IMG/VR virus record: IMGVR_UViG_2778261639_000012
Length of the DNA stretch: 8,712 nucleotides
Reading direction: 5' to 3' (one strand)
DNA from: a virus
Taxonomy: Duplodnaviria; Heunggongvirae; Uroviricota; Caudoviricetes
Position numbers and translations under genes: made by a program. Of the stretch, positions 1 through 5,932 are shown piece by piece; position 1 is the first letter of the stretch; every line of letters begins with the position of its first letter. The notes under the pieces are model-generated. The model saw nothing but the letters and a program-made list of their open reading frames with translations. It did no database searches and was not told where the DNA came from.

Positions 1-167
1 CACTTCGCCTCTATCAGGCATGATGCTGAATTTCTGAATCCCATAGCATCTGGCTGTTCTCCGGTACTGGTTACAGCAACAAAGCGGTCATGAAAGCAAA
101 CCTTGAACCCGTTGCGCTTAAGGAACTTGTACGCAATCTGACAGAGTTCGTGGTGTGTTAACGCCAT
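1..167 (-). CDS. Partial CDS (5' end present, 3' end beyond window); putative PD-(D/E)xK-like nuclease-fold protein
   Basis: ATG at 167..165 preceded by AAAGGAG 6 nt upstream; frame open to window edge. N-terminus MALTHHELCQIAYKFLKRNGFKVCFHDRFVAVTSTGEQPDAMGFRNSASCLIEAK contains a D...E-x-K arrangement (PDAMGF...LIEAK) typical of PD-(D/E)xK nucleases. Family call is by eye only. Confidence 0.5.
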   Translation of the reverse strand, partial: MALTHHELCQIAYKFLKRNGFKVCFHDRFVAVTSTGEQPDAMGFRNSASCLIEAK

Positions 168-168
168 A

Positions 169-654
169 TCACTCTCCTTTGATGCGAATGCCTGTTGCAA
201 TGCTGTTTATGATGCTGTCAGTGCATGGGGTAGAAAGCTGGGCATCTCCAGCAATTTTCATGACCTCAACATCTGCATATCGAATACCGAGGTGTATCAG
301 ACCGGCTATGCCTGACTTAAGCCGAGCATTTTCCATAAATAGAACTTTTGCCCGCTGTTTTTCTGCTTCAAGCTCAACGCGCAGCTTCCCTACCGTTAGC
401 GCAATATCCTCGTTCTCCTGATCGCGGCTTTTGATGTATTGCAGGTTTCTTTCCCGTTCATCCAGCAGTGCCAGCACGGTTTCTGGTCCGGTCAGAAATT
501 TGAAGGCGTTGAGCGCATCAATATCCACACCGTAATCTTTAAGTTCCTGTTCACTTAACAAGTCATCATCAGCTGGCAACATTAACAGGCGTTCCATTGC
601 TGGAATTGCACGTTCCGCCACCTCACGCAGTGCCTGGTAATTAATTTCGCTCAC
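169..654 (-). CDS. Ead/Ea22-like family phage protein (161 aa)
   Basis: GTG start at 654 with AAGGAGG 6 nt upstream; N-terminus MSEINYQALREVAERA nearly identical to the paralog at 1720..2421; central coiled-coil segment; start overlaps upstream stop (GTGA). Confidence 0.7.
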   Translation of the reverse strand: MSEINYQALREVAERAIPAMERLLMLPADDDLLSEQELKDYGVDIDALNAFKFLTGPETVLALLDERERNLQYIKSRDQENEDIALTVGKLRVELEAEKQRAKVLFMENARLKSGIAGLIHLGIRYADVEVMKIAGDAQLSTPCTDSIINSIATGIRIKGE

Positions 655-1304
655 TGGTTGCCTCCTTTGCGAAGCTCAGCGGCGAAGGCTACTGCGTGAT
701 CATGATGTTCAAGCGTGTATGCACACTCCGCAAACATCTCCACGCCCTGCGCCCGGACTTCAGCCAGGAAAGCATCGGTGGCTGGCGTTTCCCGTGAACG
801 GTAAGACCAAACAATGTCGTCTGTTTCACTGGGTTCTTCATGAGAGCAATTTGGGCAGACAGCAGTACAACCAGCATGATCTTCTATGAGCATCTTCAGC
901 CACGAGTTCTCCTCCGCCAGCGTCACGCGACTGGCCTCCAGTTCTGCTACGCGCTGTTTTGCAGCATCCAGTTCAATCGACAATTTTTCCAACTGCTCTT
1001 TATGCTTTTTATATTCCTGATATGCGTGCCAAGACTGACCTTTGCGCACACTATCAGTGATATCAGCAACCTGCTCTGGTGTTAGCGTGGTCAGTGGCTG
1101 TGCTGGGAAAATAAGCACTTTCCCGGAATCCCAATCAAAACCAGCATGAATTGACTGAACCTCAACTGAAGGTGTTGAACCAATGCTGCCAGGCGAATGA
1201 ACAACGATCGTTACATCCATATCGCGACGATGGCTGTGGTTGTTGGACAAAATACGATTCAACAAAATACGATTCACCAACTCAGAAAATTTGGAGAATT
1301 TCAT
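651..1304 (-). CDS. Ead/Ea22-like family phage protein (217 aa; start uncertain)
   Basis: C-terminal SETPATDAFLAEVRAQG motif shared with the paralog at 1720..2421 (SETPATDAFLAEIRAEA); coiled-coil segment. ATG at 1304 has GAGG about 8 nt upstream and sits 8 nt after the upstream stop. Internal Met (MDVTIVV) is an alternative start without a Shine-Dalgarno. Confidence 0.6.
   Translation of the reverse strand: MKFSKFSELVNRILLNRILSNNHSHRRDMDVTIVVHSPGSIGSTPSVEVQSIHAGFDWDSGKVLIFPAQPLTTLTPEQVADITDSVRKGQSWHAYQEYKKHKEQLEKLSIELDAAKQRVAELEASRVTLAEENSWLKMLIEDHAGCTAVCPNCSHEEPSETDDIVWSYRSRETPATDAFLAEVRAQGVEMFAECAYTLEHHDHAVAFAAELRKGGNQ
1247..1276. repeat. Perfect 15-bp tandem direct repeat x2 (ACAAAATACGATTCA)
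   Basis: Read directly: 1247-1261 and 1262-1276 are identical. In frame within the N-terminal region of CDS 651..1304, encoding a duplicated LNRIL pentapeptide. Confidence 0.9.
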
Positions 1305-1312
1305 GCGGAGCC

Positions 1313-1723
1313 TCAGTATGTAAAATAGACAGTTGCCACGCCGTTATAGTGATCAAACGATACGGCATTTACTTCGTAGCTGGCAGGGAGCTTCGATCCG
1401 AGAACGTATCCGGGCCACGTTTTCCATGGAATTTCTCTGCGCTCACTATCGCCATATACCGTACATCCCAGAGAGCCTACAGCTTCATTAGAACGCGTGC
1501 CGCACGTTATGAATCCCAGATTTTGCTTACTGCTCTTAATGGTGATTGGGTGAACGCTGGCTGATGCATTAGCAGCACGCTGTGCCTGTTGGTTTGCGAT
1601 ATTCGCAGAGTTCGCAGCAGCTACAGCAGCCGTAGTCGCGGCGGTAGAGGCTACAATAGCTGCTGAAGCATGCACTTGTTGGATATTCACCAACAATGCC
1701 GCGACAAAAATCATCTTCTTCAC
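1313..1723 (-). CDS. Putative secreted/periplasmic protein with N-terminal signal peptide (136 aa)
   Basis: GTG start at 1723 with AAAGGAG 7 nt upstream, overlapping upstream stop (GTGA). N-terminus MKKMIFVAALLVNIQQVHA is a classic Sec signal peptide (AxA cleavage-like site), followed by an Ala/Asn/Gln-rich low-complexity linker and a C-terminal domain with two Cys. No lipobox. Confidence 0.6.
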   Translation of the reverse strand: MKKMIFVAALLVNIQQVHASAAIVASTAATTAAVAAANSANIANQQAQRAANASASVHPITIKSSKQNLGFITCGTRSNEAVGSLGCTVYGDSERREIPWKTWPGYVLGSKLPASYEVNAVSFDHYNGVATVYFTY

Positions 1724-2421
1724 TTGTCAGCTCCTTTGCGAATCTGTTCAGCCCATTCTTCAAGGGATTTCTCCGCATATTCACCGGACAGGCCATCAAT
1801 CGGGTACGGTTCATTAGCCAACTCTTCTTTCGCTGACAGAATCATGCGCGTAACGTCGAAAACTTCACGCAAAGACTTATTGATAAATCCGTGATTGAAC
1901 GCAGCAGCAAGACGGCTGGCGGTATAGTTAATCCCCTCGTTGCGTGCTTCCGCACGAATTTCAGCCAGAAAAGCATCGGTAGCTGGAGTTTCGCTGTGGT
2001 GTAGGGCATCGTTGATAATCATTGCAGCAACTCCGGCCTGCCCTGCATCCGTGACCGACACATGATCAAGAGTTACAGCCATTGCGTGTTTCAGCCCAGC
2101 GTTCTCTGCCACCAGAGCCGCGAGCTTAGTCTCAAGCGGTGCTATTCGGCACATAGCATCAATATTTGTGTCCTCCAGGCGCTTAATTTCACCAAGTAGC
2201 TCCAGTGCAACCTTTGGGTTGAATGCGGCAATATAACGAGCGTTGTTCTCTGCGTTTTTCAGTCCATCAAAGCCGGTCCATTTGATAACGTCTTCACATC
2301 GTTTATCACCGGGCGTATGCACCGCATACGTACCAGTACCCGGCGAAATAAATGCGACCCATTCGCCCTGTGTTGCCTGTTTTGCTATCTCACGCAGTGC
2401 CCGGTAATTAATTTCGCTCAC
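1720..2421 (-). CDS. Ead/Ea22-like family phage protein (233 aa from GTG; ORF track extends to 2457)
   Basis: GTG at 2421 preceded by AAGGAGG 6 nt upstream, giving N-terminus (M)SEINYRALREIAKQ, paralogous to 169..654. Contains the SETPATDAFLAE motif. The longer ORF-track start at 2457 lacks a Shine-Dalgarno and would overlap the upstream gene by 40 nt. Confidence 0.7.
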   Translation of the reverse strand: MSEINYRALREIAKQATQGEWVAFISPGTGTYAVHTPGDKRCEDVIKWTGFDGLKNAENNARYIAAFNPKVALELLGEIKRLEDTNIDAMCRIAPLETKLAALVAENAGLKHAMAVTLDHVSVTDAGQAGVAAMIINDALHHSETPATDAFLAEIRAEARNEGINYTASRLAAAFNHGFINKSLREVFDVTRMILSAKEELANEPYPIDGLSGEYAEKSLEEWAEQIRKGADK

Positions 2422-2657
2422 TGGCTGCCTCCTTTGCGGAGTTGCGCTTCGATGCACGAAAAAAAAGACTCCCGAGTATGACTGTTAAGAGCTGGTGCGA
2501 ACGCCGCGTTAAGAACGGCAGCATCACAGCCGTCATCAATATAGAGCGCAATTTTTTTCTCCAGGCGCGCTTTGGCTTCCTGCAACTGCATACCCCGGCA
2601 CGCACGCGGGATATAATCAGCAATTTGAGCGATAGCTTTTTCGTTCTGTTTAAACAT
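2418..2657 (-). CDS. Hypothetical phage protein (79 aa)
   Basis: ATG at 2657 with GAGGTGA 4-5 nt upstream; 8-nt overlap (ATGTTTAA) with the upstream gene; C-terminal ...RKGGSQ encoded by the Shine-Dalgarno of the next gene. Confidence 0.5.
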   Translation of the reverse strand: MFKQNEKAIAQIADYIPRACRGMQLQEAKARLEKKIALYIDDGCDAAVLNAAFAPALNSHTRESFFSCIEAQLRKGGSQ

Positions 2658-2853
2658 GCTTCACCTCGATAGGCTTGATGGTGTCTAACAGCAGTCGACG
2701 GCGCGTATTTTCTGCAAAGTGGCGGCGTCCGGTATCTTTGTGGTAAAACTCATTTTTGCCGACGACCCACATCCGCTCTGTTTGGTGCAGTTTTTTTACC
2801 TGCGGCCCGTCTTTGGTGATCACGGTGCCGGTATGGGTTTTTACGATTGTCAT
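2650..2853 (-). CDS. Hypothetical phage protein (67 aa)
   Basis: ATG at 2853 with GAGG about 9 nt upstream; translationally coupled to the downstream 79-aa gene. No recognisable motif. Confidence 0.45.
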   Translation of the reverse strand: MTIVKTHTGTVITKDGPQVKKLHQTERMWVVGKNEFYHKDTGRRHFAENTRRRLLLDTIKPIEVKHV

Positions 2854-2936
2854 GCCACTACCTCTTCGAACAGATGAACGAGACAGGCCGATGCTCGTCC
2901 ACCTGAAAAACTGACGATTTGATGCATACTCACGGT

Positions 2937-3227
2937 TTATTCCTGAATGCGCTTAAACTCGATTACCCACACCCAGGGATTAGCGTTCCAGCTTTCTTCA
3001 CCATAGATGGATTCCCACAGGTGCTGGAACGCAACCTTGGCCATTGCGAAATCCCTCTTGGGAGTAAGGAATGTTCCCGGGTGATCAGGAAGCAAACTTC
3101 CAGCAGGCGGAACGCCCTCAGCCCTTGCATCGCATTCGCTGATATCGTTCAACCGTTCAACGCGCACGTTGGTAATTTCCAACAGAATGGTGATGCCCAT
3201 CGCGGCATGTGAATTGATGGACGCCAC
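2937..3227 (-). CDS. ASCH-domain protein, C-terminal fragment (96-aa ORF; probably the 3' part of a frameshifted gene)
   Basis: C-terminus SIYGEESWNANPWVWVIEFKRI resembles the terminal beta-strand signature of ASCH proteins (compare E. coli YqfB ...DIYPGQTQFYVIEFK, recalled from memory). Starts only at a GTG with no Shine-Dalgarno, inside the 3' end of ORF 3149..3664. Confidence 0.45.
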   Translation of the reverse strand: MASINSHAAMGITILLEITNVRVERLNDISECDARAEGVPPAGSLLPDHPGTFLTPKRDFAMAKVAFQHLWESIYGEESWNANPWVWVIEFKRIQE

Positions 3228-3664
3228 CCACCATCAAACTTTTCATTCACAGTGTGAGGTTTCCAGTCGGCATCATCGGGTATCGACCATAAGCCGTAAT
3301 CACCAGGTTTTTGCTCACAACTGGCCCGATAAATCCTTGCTGCGTTCTTCTCATCGCCACGACAAAGGTTGTCGTTCCAGTCCACACTGCAACCATCTTC
3401 ATTGCCTAATATCGTCCATGTTTCACGAACCCAAATTCGATCGCCGACGATACCAAAGGGGCAATTGAAAACACTGCTTACACCATCAGCCCCGTACCAC
3501 TGAAAACCTGCACCAATTTCCCTAACCATCACTGGTGCTTCTGGACCAACTTCCGCAGGCTGATTTTTCATTATCCGCCGCGTCTGCGTTTTCCTTCCTT
3601 CGAGGATGGCTCGGACCATCTCATCGTTGAAAATCATGCCGCGCTCTTTCACTTCGCCTTTCAT
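3149..3664 (-). CDS. ASCH-domain protein, N-terminal part (171-aa ORF)
   Basis: ATG at 3664 with AAGGGGGA just upstream; N-terminal FNDEMVRAILEGRKTQTRR matches the ASCH GxKxxExR-type motif. ORF ends at 3149 in a different frame from the 96-aa ORF that carries the matching C-terminal ASCH strand. Confidence 0.6.
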   Translation of the reverse strand: MKGEVKERGMIFNDEMVRAILEGRKTQTRRIMKNQPAEVGPEAPVMVREIGAGFQWYGADGVSSVFNCPFGIVGDRIWVRETWTILGNEDGCSVDWNDNLCRGDEKNAARIYRASCEQKPGDYGLWSIPDDADWKPHTVNEKFDGGWRPSIHMPRWASPFCWKLPTCALNG

Positions 3665-3673
3665 GCATCCCCC

Positions 3674-3760
3674 TTACCCATGCGCGACGATGCCGCCAAA
3701 AGTGATAGAGAACAGCCAGAAATAGATCGCGGCCATAATGATTTTGAATGCCGTGTTCAT
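3674..3760 (-). CDS. Small hydrophobic peptide (28 aa, MNTAFKIIMAAIYFWLFSITFGGIVAHG), predicted single transmembrane helix
   Basis: Translated by hand. ATG at 3760 preceded by AGGAG with 8-nt spacing; TAA stop at 3676..3674, 9 nt before the ASCH gene start. Below the ORF-track length cutoff. Almost entirely hydrophobic/aromatic. Confidence 0.5.
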   Translation of the reverse strand: MNTAFKIIMAAIYFWLFSITFGGIVAHG

Positions 3761-3787
3761 ATTTTCAGCTCCTGTGATTGATTGGAT

Positions 3788-3820
3788 ACATGCCGCGCCT
3801 TGCGGCATGTTTTTATTTTC
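3788..3820 (+). terminator. Intrinsic-terminator-like hairpin oriented on the plus strand
   Basis: Stem ACATGCCGC (3788-3796), loop GCCTT, stem GCGGCATGT (3802-3810), then TTTTATTTTC (3811-3820). On the minus strand the hairpin is not followed by a U-tract. Confidence 0.5.
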
Positions 3821-3829
3821 ACTTTCTCT

Positions 3830-3859
3830 GTTTTAAAAATCAAGATTTATTAGAGCAAT
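3830..3859. repeat. 30-bp element GTTTTAAAAAT-N6-TTATTAGAGCAAT, copy A
   Basis: 26/30 identical to 5971-6000. Abuts the stop codon (3859-3861) of the HAD gene. Confidence 0.8.
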
Positions 3860-4365
3860 TATTGTTGATGGAGAAGCGCGTTTTCATACTCCCTGACCAT
3901 TAACGTAAGTACGCCGTGACTCCTGAAAACACGCGCCACGTCAATCTTATCTTCCAGCGCGAACGCAATTTTACTTAGACCAATTTTCTTCAGGAGATCA
4001 ATCTTTGCTGGACCGTCATTTCTGTCATCGGTGGCAGGACGCATAGATAGCAAAGGCTCAGTCCCATTTGTTACGTGCTTACGCAACCAGGCTCGTGTTT
4101 TATCCCTGGCTATCTCACAGCGCCCGGTTACAAACCAGAGGGTGTAAATGCCGGACAACTGGCGCACCATATCAATAACTGGAGTGATGGGAGCATCAGT
4201 GTCACAGGCAAGGTTAAACTCGTTCCAGTGCTCTGTTAATGCACCTTTGCCAGGTGGTGGAAGTAAATGCAGCCTGTCTTCCGTTGCCTCTGATATCGTC
4301 CCATCAATATCTACTATGACGATGTACGGACGTTCCTGGTGTGCGTGTTTATTGAAAATACTCAA
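3859..4365 (-). CDS. HAD-superfamily phosphatase-like protein (168 aa)
   Basis: Motif I DIDGT (IVIVDIDGTI) near the N-terminus, Thr motif II (WFVTGR), downstream Lys and acidic (EDKID) motifs consistent with the HAD fold; resembles phage polynucleotide 3'-phosphatase/nucleotidase domains. Only start is TTG at 4365, with GAGGAGG about 4 nt upstream. Confidence 0.6.
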   Translation of the reverse strand: MSIFNKHAHQERPYIVIVDIDGTISEATEDRLHLLPPPGKGALTEHWNEFNLACDTDAPITPVIDMVRQLSGIYTLWFVTGRCEIARDKTRAWLRKHVTNGTEPLLSMRPATDDRNDGPAKIDLLKKIGLSKIAFALEDKIDVARVFRSHGVLTLMVREYENALLHQQ

Positions 4366-4382
4366 ATGCCCTCCTCATTGGA

Positions 4383-4418
4383 CGAAAAAAATGCTGGTGG
4401 GAGCACTCCACCAGCATT
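4383..4418 (-). terminator. Rho-independent terminator (minus strand)
   Basis: 11-bp perfect stem AATGCTGGTGG (4390-4400) / CCACCAGCATT (4408-4418), 7-nt loop, followed on the minus strand by a run of about 7 T. Lies between the 420-aa gene and the HAD gene. Confidence 0.65.
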
Positions 4419-4437
4419 AAAAGTGACACTGTAACTA

Positions 4438-5700
4438 TCAGCGAACGTAAATAGTGCCGCCGTTCTCTTTTTCCCATGCATCGCTACGTGCATAGCAAAC
4501 ATCGAGAAGTCTTCTTGCCGCAGTTTCCTCTAAACCCAATTCGACAACCAACTGCTCATGACGGCGGGTAACCACATCAAACAGGGTATGCAGCCCTTTA
4601 GTTGCCAGATCATCAATGAATTCCGGTTCGAACGGCAGCTCTGCATCTGCCAACATAACCTCTTGCGCCCACTCAACTCGACGGACCAATTCCGGGCGGC
4701 GGCTTTCCATCTCTTTACAGATCAATTCATGGAAGAACTCTACCCAACCTTCCGGCTGGAACTCGCGGAAAATTGCCAACGGCTGGAAGTTTGGCATCAA
4801 CCATTCGTTGATTCGGATATCAATGGCATAGCCCATGTCGCAGCAGAACTGATAAGCAAAGTCCAGCTTAGACACGATATAAGGACGCTCGTTATTGAAC
4901 TCTTTAGGCGATGAGATCCCATAAGCCAGGAGGCGCGGGAAGAAGGATATTTGCCCTAACGTCGGATGAAGTTTGCTTGCAGGGAAACGGCGCTCAGTAA
5001 TGCCATACATTTCCTTCTTGAGCGTCGCAAATTTGGCATTCTCATTAACCAGCGCGGTAACCTCTGCTTTTTTATTAGCAAATGCCACGCGCGCTTCGCT
5101 TGCATCTTTAATAGTTTTTTTGAGCTGTTGGTTAAGGTCGGCGACCTGCTTACGCAGTTCCTGTCGCTCGCTTTTAGCTTTGTTATAGCGTTTCTCAAGG
5201 TTAAAAGGATCAAGTTTCATGATCTCTTTATATTGAGATTTTAGCGTTGAAATCTGTGAGTTCCGCAGTTCAACCATCGCGGTCATTTCATTGAGTTTTG
5301 TTTCCAGCTCAATGCTTATACGTTCGGCATTATCAGCACGCTGGTTGGCGTCATGCGTCGCATCGTCGATCGCGTCCTGTTGCTGGCGTTTCAAATGTTC
5401 AATTTGCAGCTGAAGCTCTTCAATTTCTTTATCCTTCAGACCGAGATCCAACTGCATATTTTCAGCTGCATCTACCAGGGAGTTATGGCTATCAGCTTCT
5501 GCGTTATAAACATCAATAAGCTGTGCGTGAAGCATCTCCGCTGACTGAACCGCATTATCAAAAAAACGCGCTGTGAGGTCATCACAACTAACGCGGCGTT
5601 GCGCGGCCCGGATGTTCTGGATAATGGCCGGGATACCGGCATTCAGGACGTCAGGGATAGATACATTTTCGATTGATTGGTTTTGTGCTGAAGTGATCAT
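4438..5700 (-). CDS. Hypothetical phage protein, N-terminal coiled coil plus C-terminal globular domain of unknown function (420 aa)
   Basis: Long ORF; residues about 80-250 are heptad-rich and charged (EIEELQLQIEHLKRQQQ..., ELRKQVADLNQQLKK); C-terminal 170 aa rich in aromatics with no recognisable catalytic motif. Start ATG at 5700 is 1 nt after the stop of the upstream 72-aa gene. Confidence 0.7.
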   Translation of the reverse strand: MITSAQNQSIENVSIPDVLNAGIPAIIQNIRAAQRRVSCDDLTARFFDNAVQSAEMLHAQLIDVYNAEADSHNSLVDAAENMQLDLGLKDKEIEELQLQIEHLKRQQQDAIDDATHDANQRADNAERISIELETKLNEMTAMVELRNSQISTLKSQYKEIMKLDPFNLEKRYNKAKSERQELRKQVADLNQQLKKTIKDASEARVAFANKKAEVTALVNENAKFATLKKEMYGITERRFPASKLHPTLGQISFFPRLLAYGISSPKEFNNERPYIVSKLDFAYQFCCDMGYAIDIRINEWLMPNFQPLAIFREFQPEGWVEFFHELICKEMESRRPELVRRVEWAQEVMLADAELPFEPEFIDDLATKGLHTLFDVVTRRHEQLVVELGLEETAARRLLDVCYARSDAWEKENGGTIYVR

Positions 5701-5701
5701 T

Positions 5702-5920
5702 TCAAAGTTCCGTATTAGCTTGTGCTTCGGTCATTTTTCCTAAGTATGAAGGAGGAAGGACTACGCAATTTGTATCCAGTCCCTCACCTATGGCAGCCTG
5801 TAAAATTCTGGCTAAGGTGAGTCTCTTGTTGCGATACCTGGTGATGACATGCCTGATACCGCCGGTCGGCGTAACAAAGGCGATCAGCCAGTAGTGATAT
5901 TTCCGTCGGAATGGCCACAT
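5702..5920 (-). CDS. Hypothetical small protein (72 aa)
   Basis: ATG at 5920 with AAGGTG 5 nt upstream; first gene after terminator T2. Basic, Arg-rich (MWPFRRKYHYWLIAFVTPTGGIRHVITRYRNKR...). Function unknown. Confidence 0.55.
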   Translation of the reverse strand: MWPFRRKYHYWLIAFVTPTGGIRHVITRYRNKRLTLARILQAAIGEGLDTNCVVLPPSYLGKMTEAQANTEL

Positions 5921-5932
5921 AGTGCACCTTGT

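Noticed and set aside
155-421. Plus-strand ORFs throughout the window (e.g. 155..421, 840..1085, 1151..1564, 1670..1894, 2442..2672, 2919..3212, 3169..3468, 4148..4420, 4558..4914, 4966..5244, 5298..5519, 6811..7038, 7052..7297, 7512..7772, 8385..8654)
   Set aside because: All lie antisense to longer minus-strand ORFs that have Shine-Dalgarno sequences, recognisable motifs or coupled junctions. None has a convincing RBS or motif, so they are treated as shadow ORFs.
689-877. Minus-strand alternative-frame ORFs nested inside larger genes (689..877, 1569..1814, 2408..2623, 4956..5213, 6184..6372, 7586..7846)
   Set aside because: Each is fully contained within a better-supported gene in another frame; low-complexity or Arg/Cys-rich translations typical of out-of-frame reading.
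2421-2457. Extended N-terminus of the Ea22-like gene (ORF-track start at 2457)
   Set aside because: The GTG at 2421 has a perfect AAGGAGG Shine-Dalgarno and gives the same MSEINY N-terminus as the paralog at 654; the extension has no RBS and overlaps the upstream gene.
2854-2927. Possible 25-aa ORF in the 2854-2936 intergenic gap (minus strand, ATG at 2927)
   Set aside because: No credible Shine-Dalgarno (only GTGAGT) and no compositional or motif support; more likely untranslated spacer.
3788-3820. Hairpin T3 as a terminator for the minus-strand operon
   Set aside because: On the minus strand the stem is followed by AUCCAAUC, not a U-tract; only the plus-strand orientation has the T-run.
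3830-3859. IHF binding site within the repeated element (AATCAAGATTTATT)
   Set aside because: Does not satisfy the WATCAANNNNTTR consensus when aligned position by position.
5702-5920. 72-aa protein as a RelE/ParE-type toxin
   Set aside because: The YR..Y...V...R pattern is superficially similar, but the protein lacks the roughly 40-aa N-terminal helical region required for the RelE fold.
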